DNA of 64,000 bases from a virus, in IMG/VR virus record IMGVR_UViG_3300036791_000797, positions 20,646-84,645 of that record, one strand, 5' to 3'. The notes beneath the pieces are model-generated. The model was given only the letters and a program-made list of their open reading frames with translations, ran no database searches and was not told the DNA's origin. The first letter of the stretch is position 1, and every line of letters starts with the position of its first letter. This document shows positions 27,570 to 37,800 of this stretch, piece after piece. The position numbers and the translations under genes were made by a program.

Positions 27570-30500
27570 CTGACCTGTGGATGATGGCCGGTGAGGAGGC
27601 CGAGCGCGACGCCTCCGATCACCTGCTGGCCCTGGCCCGAGTGGCCTGCGCCTGCTACTGGCCGGTGGTGGCCTCGGTGACCACCAAGGAGGGCCTGGAC
27701 CACGCCAAGGCCCTGATCTCCGATGGGGTCACCACCTCGGTGACCGGCATCGCCACCTCCCCGGCTGAGACCGCGGTGCTGGCCTCACGGGTCCTGGACA
27801 GCTTCTCCGAGGACTGGGAGGCCCATATCGCGGCCAAGCAGGCCGTGGTTGAGAACGCCCCGGCCTACGCCGAGCAGATGGGCTTCGGGTTCCCGGCCGA
27901 GCCCCTGCCCAACGAGGCTCCCGCCCTGGAGGGTGAGATCGCGGCCTGGGAGGGTGCTGACCAGCAGAGCCGGGTCAATATGGGCAACGGCCTGGGGGTC
28001 TCTGACGACTCCTCCGGCCCCAATGTGGCCGGGCCGGGAGCCAACCCCGGCGAGACGCCCCTCCTGCATGCCAGCGCCCTGGACATCGAGGCCGGTCTGG
28101 AGCCCGGCGATTATCGCCTGGATGCTTTCGGGGCGCTCATCCGGGTGGAGGCCACGCCTTGGAGTCATCTGAAGGAGATGAATCCAGGCGAGATGAGTGA
28201 CCAGGAGCTAGAGAACCATCTCATGCTCCACCACAATCAGATGTCAGTCTCTGATTATGCTCCATTGAATGCTGATAAGCATATGGAGATCCATGGCAAT
28301 CCCGGTCAGTATGGATCTGCCCGTCACGGTCATGGTGCTTATTCCGGTGAAGAGTGGGATGAAAGTGGTCGTCTCTCCCATCTCGTCTTAGCTGACAAGG
28401 CTCCGTATTACATCCGGGAGGAAGGCGGCAAGTTCAAGGTCGTCAACCGCGAAGGTGAGGTAAAGGGCACCTTCGACAGCAAGGACGCCGCCCGCCAACA
28501 GCAGAAGGCCCTCTACGTCAACATCCCCGACGCTCCAGGGAAGGCCGAGAAGGCCCACGGCCACACCCCTGAGGCCGTCTCCGACGTGGGCAAGAAGGCC
28601 AGCCGTCGCACCGCCAGTATCCGGCTGACCGCCCTGCAGCAACAGGCCGTCCGGGCAGCCCGTGCCCTGGTCGATCAGATGCCCACCGAGGCCCAGCATC
28701 ACGCCGTGGCCAAGGCCATGCTGATGCGAGCCCGTGGCTTCGAACTGAGCCCCATAGAGACCGACCTGGTCATCACCGCGGCGCTCCAGCGCGTCACCGA
28801 GCGGCAGGCCGGAGGGGGCCTGGATTTTACCCGGCAGGCCGCTGACGATCGCAGCCATTGGCCGCGCTGGGCCGCCAGGGTCCATACCTTCGATGACTCG
28901 GGGCATGCCTACAACCGCAGTCAGACCGATGATGAGATCAAGAACGGCGATGTCTTCCACATCCCCGAAGAGGGCATCACCGGCTACATGCACAAAGCGT
29001 GGCCCACGGCCGTCACCCAGAACAAGGGCGCGTTCCATGGGCTAGAAGAGCCTGCCTCTTATGCCGGTCCTCGGGGTGAAGGCCACAAGATCTGTCAGAC
29101 CTGCGATGGCAATGGCCAGGCGAAGCCCGGAGCCAATGCTCCCTACCGTGAGCCCGGCGACACCAAGTGCTGGGGATGCGGTGGCAAGGGTCACTACGAG
29201 GGTGACTCACTGGAGACGGTGCAAGCCTTGCACAATGGTTGGCGGCAAGCCCGAGAGCTTGCTACCCAGCATGGCTATCCCGTCGATGGCATGGGTACTA
29301 CTGCTGCTAAGCACTCTGCTGCTAAGCACTCTGCTGAATGGCACCAAGGGTTTGAGCATGGTGTATCAGGTCAAGCTGAGCAATATCCTGATGAGTTCAG
29401 TCCAGAACAAGTTGATGATTACAGCGATGGACATGAAGAGGGACGCCGGTCACGCGGTCGTAGTGATGATGATCGGCGTTTTCTAAGCTCGATCCACACC
29501 GCCGACGGCGTACCTGAGTCCAAGCGAGATCGGGCTGAGAAGGCCGGTGACACCCTGCCCGGCACCGACAAGTTCCCTATCGAGAACGCCCGTGACCTGG
29601 AGAAGGCCAAGCACGACATCGGGCGTACCAATGAGCCTCATGATAAGGTCGTCAACTACATCGATCGTAAGGCCGAGGAGTTAGGTGAGCCTGGAGTCGG
29701 TGAGGATGATGAGGGGAAGAAGGCAGCCCTGCAAAAGGGTGCCCCTTTCGCCGGTTACAAGGACTTCCATGACTGCGTGAGGAAGAATCAGGACAAGGAT
29801 GATCCTGAGGCCTACTGCGGTCAGATCAAGCATCAGGTGGAGGGATCCAGACAGGGTCGGATGGGACGGTTGTGGGACCGACTCATGGGCCGTACCGCCC
29901 AGGGCATGGGCATGGCCAACCCCATGGACCCCTCCTCGGTGGCCAACCCCTTCTCCCCGGCCCAGGATGTCAACGCGGCCATGACCGACACCAATCCCAC
30001 CATGGGCGGGGGTGCGGCCGGAGCAGGTGGGACCATGGATCCCTCCACCACCCCGCCCGACGAGATCCCCGGCCAGACCGTGCCCGGCTCGGCTACGGCG
30101 GCCTCCTCTAAGCCCCGTACTAAGCCCTCCAGCAACCCCAACGCCCCCAACCAGCCATCTCCCTCCCAGCTTGGCGGGATGCCTCAGCCGGGGATGATGG
30201 GTGGCACACCCATGGGTGGTCCGATGCTCACCAGCATGCCCATGATGGCCGGTCGTGCCCAGGTCCTGGTGGCCTCGTCCATCCTCAACGACAACCCGGA
30301 GATGTCCGACGACGAGGCCCTGCACCTGGCCTCCAGGACCATCGAGCGCTACCCACACCTGGTCCATCAGGCTTACGGAGGATTCGACTTCCCTTTTGGC
30401 GAGGAGGACACACCGGGTAGCTACACGGTCTGTCCGCAATGCAACGCCAATACCTTTGACGGTCGTAGCGGGCATTGCCACAACTGTGGATACCTCGGTG

Positions 30501-30727
30501 GTACCGGCTCTCCAGGCTTCGATCCCCTGGTAGGTCCAACCACCATAAGACCGGGACAGTTCGACATGCGGAATCCAGGTCTTACCGCTGCTTCTTACAG
30601 TGTGAGAAAGTGTAGATCTTGCGGAAATCAAGTCAGGGTTCAACTTGGCCAGGATTTCCCCGAGGATCATGCTGATTACTGTCCAGAGCAGGCAGATTTT
30701 CCTGGCAGAAAAAACAGGGAACAGTAG
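27566..30727 (+). CDS. large modular putative head/internal protein (1053 aa)
   Basis: string of small domains separated by [RKH]xA linkers. Confidence 0.7.
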   Translation: MTDLWMMAGEEAERDASDHLLALARVACACYWPVVASVTTKEGLDHAKALISDGVTTSVTGIATSPAETAVLASRVLDSFSEDWEAHIAAKQAVVENAPAYAEQMGFGFPAEPLPNEAPALEGEIAAWEGADQQSRVNMGNGLGVSDDSSGPNVAGPGANPGETPLLHASALDIEAGLEPGDYRLDAFGALIRVEATPWSHLKEMNPGEMSDQELENHLMLHHNQMSVSDYAPLNADKHMEIHGNPGQYGSARHGHGAYSGEEWDESGRLSHLVLADKAPYYIREEGGKFKVVNREGEVKGTFDSKDAARQQQKALYVNIPDAPGKAEKAHGHTPEAVSDVGKKASRRTASIRLTALQQQAVRAARALVDQMPTEAQHHAVAKAMLMRARGFELSPIETDLVITAALQRVTERQAGGGLDFTRQAADDRSHWPRWAARVHTFDDSGHAYNRSQTDDEIKNGDVFHIPEEGITGYMHKAWPTAVTQNKGAFHGLEEPASYAGPRGEGHKICQTCDGNGQAKPGANAPYREPGDTKCWGCGGKGHYEGDSLETVQALHNGWRQARELATQHGYPVDGMGTTAAKHSAAKHSAEWHQGFEHGVSGQAEQYPDEFSPEQVDDYSDGHEEGRRSRGRSDDDRRFLSSIHTADGVPESKRDRAEKAGDTLPGTDKFPIENARDLEKAKHDIGRTNEPHDKVVNYIDRKAEELGEPGVGEDDEGKKAALQKGAPFAGYKDFHDCVRKNQDKDDPEAYCGQIKHQVEGSRQGRMGRLWDRLMGRTAQGMGMANPMDPSSVANPFSPAQDVNAAMTDTNPTMGGGAAGAGGTMDPSTTPPDEIPGQTVPGSATAASSKPRTKPSSNPNAPNQPSPSQLGGMPQPGMMGGTPMGGPMLTSMPMMAGRAQVLVASSILNDNPEMSDDEALHLASRTIERYPHLVHQAYGGFDFPFGEEDTPGSYTVCPQCNANTFDGRSGHCHNCGYLGGTGSPGFDPLVGPTTIRPGQFDMRNPGLTAASYSVRKCRSCGNQVRVQLGQDFPEDHADYCPEQADFPGRKNREQ
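29301..29336 (+). repeat. in-frame 15-bp tandem duplication (AAKHS x2)
   Basis: CTGCTGCTAAGCACT twice plus partial copy. Confidence 0.85.
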
Positions 30728-31219
30728 ATGCAAAAGACCTCCGTACCCGAGGGCGCACGGGTCGCCTATGCCGGTCTTCCGCATCACGATGTCGATATCG
30801 GTGACGAGGGTAAGGTCCTGCAGACCAGCGGTCGTATGTGCCACGTCATCATGAGGACGGGGGCCAACGTGGGTCAGGTGGTCCTGGTGGACCAGGGAGA
30901 CCTGACCGTCCTGGCCTCACCGCGCCACGCCATCGATGACTCCCTCCTGGATGGCTCTCTGGACGAGCCCACCCTGGTCACCACCGCAGTGCGGAGCGTC
31001 TATGAGCGTCAGGGGGAGAAGGGCCTCATCACCGCCCTGGCCAACCGGGGGGAGCTACCGGATTTCTTCGAGGTGGCCGAGCAGGCCGTCCAGCAGGTGA
31101 TCGCCACCGTGCGCCAGGATCCGATCATGATCAGGGTGCTGGCTGAGCTTGATGACGAGGAGGGTGAGAACTTCATTCAATCATTGGCCTTGTCGGCCAT
31201 TGACGAGGTCATTGGATGA
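30728..31219 (+). CDS. hypothetical virion-module protein
   Basis: abuts upstream stop. Confidence 0.65.
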   Translation: MQKTSVPEGARVAYAGLPHHDVDIGDEGKVLQTSGRMCHVIMRTGANVGQVVLVDQGDLTVLASPRHAIDDSLLDGSLDEPTLVTTAVRSVYERQGEKGLITALANRGELPDFFEVAEQAVQQVIATVRQDPIMIRVLAELDDEEGENFIQSLALSAIDEVIG

Positions 31220-32313
31220 GCGAAACGGCTACCGATAGGGATCGGACTGGTGACACTCCGATGTATTGCACCAAATGTAAGAAGATGGTGCAACGGCAGA
31301 GTGATTGTCCTAAGGGTGGGAACCATCATCTGCTCTCTATCTCTGACAAGGGTGTGCAAGGTCAGGGCCATGGGGATGGACCGGAAAGCACCAGGAACTC
31401 TGAGGAGTCCGATCCGCACAAGGTATCCCGCAAGCTGGTCATTGCCGGAGTAGACCCCGACTGGAATGGTAAGCACAAGTTGCAATGGATGGGTCGAGGA
31501 CGAGATGCACGGGGACAATGCTCCTGTGGGATGTGGGCGGAGCTTGGAACCTATGTCATGCCAAGTAAGAAGGTGCAGAACGTGAAGGACAAGTTCGCTC
31601 AGCACTTACAGCATGCCACCGATCATCCTGAGTACTATCAAAAGGAAGCCTCGGTAGCGCATCCCAACGATCGCATTCGAGCCTATGCCATGCAGTATCT
31701 GGCTCATGATTCCGGTGATGGTCAGACCGTCTACCACTGTCCCTTCTGCGGTGGTGGCAACGTCATCGGCCGTTCTGACGGCACCATCGAGTGCGGGTTC
31801 TGTAACACCCATTTCACCGTGCAGGTCCAGCCCGAGTTCGCGGGCATGCCCCAGACCGTCGATGGTCAGCCCTATGACGTGCCCGGCATGCCGGGTGGTG
31901 TCGATCCTATGACCGGCCTGCCGCCCGACCAGGGTGAGGACGAGGGGATGGGTGACGAGGAGGAGATGCCACCGGGCGGGGCCGAGATGGGCAGCCCTGA
32001 GGACGAGGAGGCTCAGGGCAAGAACGGCTCCTCGGTGCCTTGGGAGCATCAGTCGGCCAAGAAGACCTGGACGGCTGTGTGCAAGGACTGCGATTGGCAG
32101 TCCACCGAGTCGCGTCAACGTGATGCCTACAACCGGGCTGTGGGGCATGAGCGTGAGACTCGGCCAGCCCAGTTCAAGAGTGGTCATCGCGTTCAGCTAA
32201 GAGATGATTCCAAGCAGGCCAAGCGTTACATCTCACCTCTAGGAGCTATGACCGAGCGACAATACATGGCGCATCTCGCTCTCCTTCACAGTGTGGTGGT
32301 AAAGAACGGATGA
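31216..32313 (+). CDS. modular Zn-ribbon protein of the head module
   Basis: HCPFCG..IECGFC; several Cys modules. Confidence 0.65.
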   Translation: MSETATDRDRTGDTPMYCTKCKKMVQRQSDCPKGGNHHLLSISDKGVQGQGHGDGPESTRNSEESDPHKVSRKLVIAGVDPDWNGKHKLQWMGRGRDARGQCSCGMWAELGTYVMPSKKVQNVKDKFAQHLQHATDHPEYYQKEASVAHPNDRIRAYAMQYLAHDSGDGQTVYHCPFCGGGNVIGRSDGTIECGFCNTHFTVQVQPEFAGMPQTVDGQPYDVPGMPGGVDPMTGLPPDQGEDEGMGDEEEMPPGGAEMGSPEDEEAQGKNGSSVPWEHQSAKKTWTAVCKDCDWQSTESRQRDAYNRAVGHERETRPAQFKSGHRVQLRDDSKQAKRYISPLGAMTERQYMAHLALLHSVVVKNG

Positions 32314-32316
32314 CGT

Positions 32317-32697
32317 ATGCCTGTGCCCCCTCTGATCCAGCAGGCCATTGTCAATATCTATCCGAACAATGGGTCTATTTATTCATCGGAACATGAGTGT
32401 GAAGGTGCGAAGTTTCATTCCCCCAATCCCCTCATCGTCCATGAGACCAACCTCGTTCCCTGGGATCCACATCCGCCAGTACACATCGTCTGGCTCTGTG
32501 GTACGTGCCGAGGCAATCTCTGGGTATATCAGCGTCTCCTGCAGGAGCGAGGAGGAGATATCCCCTGGGCTATCCAGCGCTCTTTCGGCAATGCCATCCG
32601 AGCCTTGGCTAAACAAGGATGGGAGATCTATCAAGCCGATGATAATCGACATTCCCATCCTCCGAGTAGTTGGTCTTTGAGGAGCAATCATCTCTAG
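32317..32697 (+). CDS. hypothetical protein
   Basis: ORF between head genes. Confidence 0.55.
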   Translation: MPVPPLIQQAIVNIYPNNGSIYSSEHECEGAKFHSPNPLIVHETNLVPWDPHPPVHIVWLCGTCRGNLWVYQRLLQERGGDIPWAIQRSFGNAIRALAKQGWEIYQADDNRHSHPPSSWSLRSNHL

Positions 32698-32827
32698 TAT
32701 CTGGACTCCGACCGGGGAGCATCCCATAGGCGAGCGGGACTCCGATGTCCTGGCCAAGCTGGCCACGGCCTCGCTACGGCGCGGCATCTCGGAGGGTCCA
32801 GGCGAGGAATCCCCCGAAGTTCAGGAG

Positions 32828-34813
32828 ATGCGGAAGAACCGTCGCATCAACCGCAAGCTCAACGGGGTCAGCCATCAAGCCGATCTCCTCAGTGGGGCCG
32901 GGGCCAGCAGCCTGTCGTTTGCCACCGGGCGTCCTCAGGACCCCATGTTCTACTGGAAGCAAGCGAATCTCCCTTACGATATCTGGAAGGAAGAAGAGCT
33001 TGTTGTTATCCGCCACTACTGCAGGCTTCTTTATCTTACTCATCCACTGTTGGCCTCAGCCATCGATATCTTCAGCAAATACCCCATGCAAGGCATGGAG
33101 TTGAACTGCAAGGACAACGAGCTTGTTGACTTCTATGGAACACACTTCCTCGATGACCTGAACTACCCCGAGTATCTCACCGATGTCCTGCATGAGCGCT
33201 GGCTGGTAGGAGAGGCGTGGCCCCTCGGGCAGTGGAACGACACCCTGGGCATCTGGGAGGACGACGAACTCATCAACCCCGATGACGTGGATGTCATCAA
33301 GAGCCCGTTCATCAAAGAGCCCCGCTTCGAGATGCGTCTGCCCGAGACGTTGCGCTCCATCCTCAAGGAGCGCCAGCCCGAGTGGGAGTACAAGAAGCTG
33401 GTCAACGCCTACCCCGAGCTTCTGGCCTTCCTGGCCGAAGACTCCCGCATGCCGGTGTCCAACATCCTGCTCAAGCAGATCAAGTTCAAGGCCGACACCT
33501 TCCACCCCCGCGGCATCCCCATCCTGATGCGAGGCTTTAGGGCCATCTTCCAGGAGGAGATGCTCAACGCCGCCCAGGACGCCATCGCCTCTCGGCTCTA
33601 CACCCCGCTCATCCTGGCCAAGATCGGAGCCTCGGCCACCGACCTGGGCACCCAGTATCCCTTCATCCCCACCGCCGCGGACCTAGCTGACTTCGAGGAG
33701 GCCCTGGACGAGGCCCTGGCTGCTGACTTCCGGGTCCTGACCCACCACTTCGCCCTGACCATGGAGTCGGTATTCGGTCGGGAGGTCATGCCCGACCTCA
33801 GCGGCGACTTCGAGCGCCTGGCCGAGCGCCAGCTACAGGTCTTCGGCATCTCCAAGACCATGCTCTCCGGCGCGGGTGATGGTGAGACCTACGCCGCCGA
33901 CGCCCTGAACCTGGACATCATGAGCCAGCTACTGGGTGGGGCGCAGCGGCTCATCAAGAGGTTCTTCAAGGATCGGGCTCTGGTGGTGGCTGAAGCCCAG
34001 CAGCACTGGGACTATGAGATGCGGGGTGGCAAGAAGTTCCCGGTCATGGAAGAGGTCCTCGAAGTCGATGAGGAGACCGGTGAGAAGCGCATCATCGAGC
34101 AGCCCAAGCTGCTGGTGCCGGACCTGGTCATGAAGTCCATGGACATGAAGAACGACACGCTGCGACGGCAACTGCTCGAAGAGCTACGCAGCACGGGGGT
34201 GCCCATCTCCATGAAGACTCGCCTGACCAACATCGAGATCGACCTGGACGACGAGATCGAGGCCACCCGTGACGAGCAGATCAAGATCGCGGTGGCCACC
34301 CAGGAGACCCGTCGGGACACCTTCTCGGCCCTGGCCGCCCAGGGCCTGCCCATCCCCGACGACCTGGAGCAGGACTTTCGGGCGGTGGCCCTCGACGCCG
34401 AGCCGGGTGGACCGGCAGCCGAGCAACTACCTCTACCCAACATGGCCATGGACCCGGCTGGAGGTCCGGCCACGGCCCTGACTCCTGGACCTGAGGACTA
34501 TGCCGCCGCCGACGAGGCCGAACAGGAAGGCGAGGCTCCCGGCGACGTAGGAGCCTCCAATGCCTCTCCTCCACCGCAGATGCAATCCAATATGGCGGCG
34601 ATAATACCGTTGCCTCGTCAGCGTATGCGCCCTCCAGAGTCTGATGAACGACGCGGTGAGATGCCGAAGAAATCCAGCTTGCAAAGCGATGATGGTGAGG
34701 AACTTGAAGAGGGATCCTACCGACTGCTCAGCGGCCCGGCCCATATTGGCCAGCGCCGCTACGTGTACCTCGACCCCACCGAGCCCCTGCCCGATCCTGA
34801 CTCAGAACGATGA
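32828..34813 (+). CDS. portal protein (may start at ATC 32690)
   Basis: THPLLASAIDIFSKYP, GEAWP, RGIPILMR..R, RLYTPLIL; size and position. Confidence 0.8.
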   Translation: MRKNRRINRKLNGVSHQADLLSGAGASSLSFATGRPQDPMFYWKQANLPYDIWKEEELVVIRHYCRLLYLTHPLLASAIDIFSKYPMQGMELNCKDNELVDFYGTHFLDDLNYPEYLTDVLHERWLVGEAWPLGQWNDTLGIWEDDELINPDDVDVIKSPFIKEPRFEMRLPETLRSILKERQPEWEYKKLVNAYPELLAFLAEDSRMPVSNILLKQIKFKADTFHPRGIPILMRGFRAIFQEEMLNAAQDAIASRLYTPLILAKIGASATDLGTQYPFIPTAADLADFEEALDEALAADFRVLTHHFALTMESVFGREVMPDLSGDFERLAERQLQVFGISKTMLSGAGDGETYAADALNLDIMSQLLGGAQRLIKRFFKDRALVVAEAQQHWDYEMRGGKKFPVMEEVLEVDEETGEKRIIEQPKLLVPDLVMKSMDMKNDTLRRQLLEELRSTGVPISMKTRLTNIEIDLDDEIEATRDEQIKIAVATQETRRDTFSALAAQGLPIPDDLEQDFRAVALDAEPGGPAAEQLPLPNMAMDPAGGPATALTPGPEDYAAADEAEQEGEAPGDVGASNASPPPQMQSNMAAIIPLPRQRMRPPESDERRGEMPKKSSLQSDDGEELEEGSYRLLSGPAHIGQRRYVYLDPTEPLPDPDSER

Positions 34814-34821
34814 AGGAGTGA
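34786..34821 (+). promoter_or_regulatory. putative late promoter / RBS
   Basis: CCTGCC-N20-GAAGGAGTGA then GATG. Confidence 0.55.
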
Positions 34822-34822
34822 G

Positions 34823-37800
34823 ATGCCCTTCTCGTCGTTCACTGCCATCTTCAGGACCAGGTTAAATGGGCCAGTTGGTGCCGTCCAGGATGAAGGCAAT
34901 GGCTCGGCGGCTGACACCGAACTCCTCCGCAAGGCGGGTCTTCTCTCCTCGGATCCCAGTCGATCGGGCGCGGATATCCAGGACTTGAGCGGCCGTGAGC
35001 TTCTCCCCTCGACCGATTACGAATCCTCTGCGGGTGGGTGGGTGGACCGCCCTGCCCTTGGCCAGTTTGTCTCGCATGTTGTCGAGGTTGGTGCCGAGCC
35101 AGAGGTGATCGAGGGTGACACACAGCGGCACATCGCAGGTGTGCAGTACATGCAGTTCACCGGGATTAGCGATGAAGTGGGTGTAGGCCCAGCGATGGGC
35201 TGGGATCATGCGATTGCCATCCCGGAAGTAGCCGTACCCTCTGCGTTGGGCAGCCGTCCACAGCCAGCAAGGACCGCTTCGATCGACCTTGGCCCAGAAG
35301 CGCTCCTCGATGGTGGGCACGTTGGCAATCTAGCTTCAGATTCCTACCCGGAGCTTTCTGAGGTCCTACTCCAGAGACCCCCGCCCAACTCCCACCAGGC
35401 GGCCGTGGATGGCCTGTGCGCCCTCTGTGAGGCCGAGCCTGCCACCCAGGAGATCTCTGGCACCACCGTAGGGGATCGCTGCGCTGAGCATCTCATGGGC
35501 GTCCCTGGGGCCGGTACAGCCCCTCCTGAGTTCGGTCAGGCCGTCTACGGGATGGCCCACACTGCCTCCTGGGAGTCCGAGGATCGAGAGCGCTACAAGA
35601 CGATCCTCAAAGACCAGCCCGAGGAGCCCTGCGGCAACTGTGGGCAGCCCATCAAGTTCGATGACGAGACCGAGACCTACGTGGCCAAGGACGGCTCCCA
35701 ATGCCCGAGCGAGGATGGCCATGATCCTCTGGGCAGCACCAGCCATGAGGCCGGGATCCTGGACTGGCTGGACCGCAAGCTGGCCCCTACCGGCCTGGTG
35801 CCCGAGCAGGGTGGTCGCTGGAGCTTCGACTGGTGCCGGTACCGTCACAACTCCCACTGCTTCTACCCCGCCGGGCTTGACGCCGGAGCCTCCTCCCAGG
35901 CGGGCTACGCGGTGTGGACCCCGCAGGACCGGGGTAGCTGCCCCCGCTTCACCTGGGAGTCCCAGCAGCAGTGCCCCATCGGCGCGCCCGGCCCTCATGC
36001 TGGGGGCACCCCCGACGCCTATACCCAGCAGCAACCGGTCCAGCCCCGAGGGTTGTTGCAACGACTCCTGGGTTCCAAAGATGCTAAGGATGAGGATTTC
36101 CACTGGCATTTCTGCGCTAAATGGGCAGATGTAAGAGCCAAGGCAGCCCGGATCAGACGTGAGGGTGGCGTGCGTATCATCAGCGCCCCTGATGCTCGCA
36201 ATCCCTATATCACTGCCGAGGTCAAGGGTGATAACCACACCTATCAGACCACCATCCTTCGCTCCATCGGAGGAAAGTCGGTAGCCGGATGGGAATGCAC
36301 CTGTGCCTGGGCGCACTACGCCTGGGGCCGGTCTGGTAGATGGAAGAAGTTCGAGGGCCGACAGTGCAGTCACGCCCTGGCCACCATCTACCAGGCCCAG
36401 GCCGACGAGATGTTCGGCGGCCGGGTCAAGGAGATCTCCCGCCAACCGGCCACCTTCGACCAGCCCGGCGACGAGGGCCAGTTCAAGAAGGTCTGGCAGT
36501 ACGACCCCGACGACGAGAAGCGCAAGGAGTACGTCGAGCGGGACTGGCGCAAGGATCCCACCAAACGCTCCGGTAAGGCCCCCGAGTGGGTCAAGCAATA
36601 CGAGGGCAGCTTAAGGGTCATCGCCCAAGAGACCGAACAGGTCAAGGTCGGTGATGTGCAGCCGGGTGATCGGGTGCTTCTCACCGGATATGAGAAAGAA
36701 GGTCCGCATACTGTCAAGAGTGTTCGCGATGGAACACCAGCTAAGAGGATCGAGCCTTACGAGGATAAAAAAGAACGTACTCTGCGGGGGATCATAGAGC
36801 ATGATGACCCAGATCATTATCCGCCGAAGGACTATGGGACTATTCCCATTCGGCATTTCGATCTAGCGGGAACATTCGATCACATCGCTCTTCCACATCA
36901 TGCACCGATCAAGCGCCTGACGGCTTCCTTGAGCTTCTCCGAGGAGCGGCCTATCGCCATGGAGGCTGAGGCCCGTCTGGAGGCCGGTGAGAGCCCCCAG
37001 GCCGTCCTGAGCTACCTGCGGGCGGCCGATGCTCCTTGGCCCGAGTACATCCTCACTGAGGCCCTGCACAAGCCTTTCGTGGCCCGCGACCCGGCCGATG
37101 AGCTACACACCATCGTCAGCCTCGAAGGGGAGCATGCGGTCACCGACAACGGGGATCTCATCCCGGCCGAGCATCTGACGCATCCCGACTTCGACTGGCA
37201 CAGCGGGCTGTCGTTCCAGGGACAAGCTCAGACCAACTCGGCGGAAGTCCAGCAGGACCCCGTCGAACACGTCAACGCGGATGGGTCCCCGCACAACGGG
37301 GTCATGGTGGCCCTGGTACCGCCCGAGAAGGTGCGTGAGGGGCTGGCCGTCCAGGACGGCGAAGCCCCGGAAGACATGCATGTAACCGTCGGTTACCTGG
37401 GCAAGAAGGACAGCGTCGATCCTGAGGCTTTGCACCGGGCCGTGTCCTCCTTCGCCCAGCAGGTACCACCGCTGAAGGGCAAGATCAGTGGGTTCGGTAA
37501 CTTTGAGGTTGATCCTGAGCGTAACGATGGCTTTTCCCATGCCCATGTTGGGCTGGTGGACATCCCCGGTATCTCCGACTTCCAGGCCAAGCTCGATGAG
37601 CATCTTGGGCGCGAGGGCCTGAAGGTCAACAACGAACATGGTCTGCAGCCCCATCTCACTGTCGCCTACGGGCATGAGCCCGCTGAGTACGACAGCATGC
37701 CCGATACCACCGACCATTTCGACCTCCCTCACATCACCGTAGCCCACGGTGGGACCTGGACCCACTATCCCCTCCAGGGCAGCCCGGAGGCCCAGAAGAC

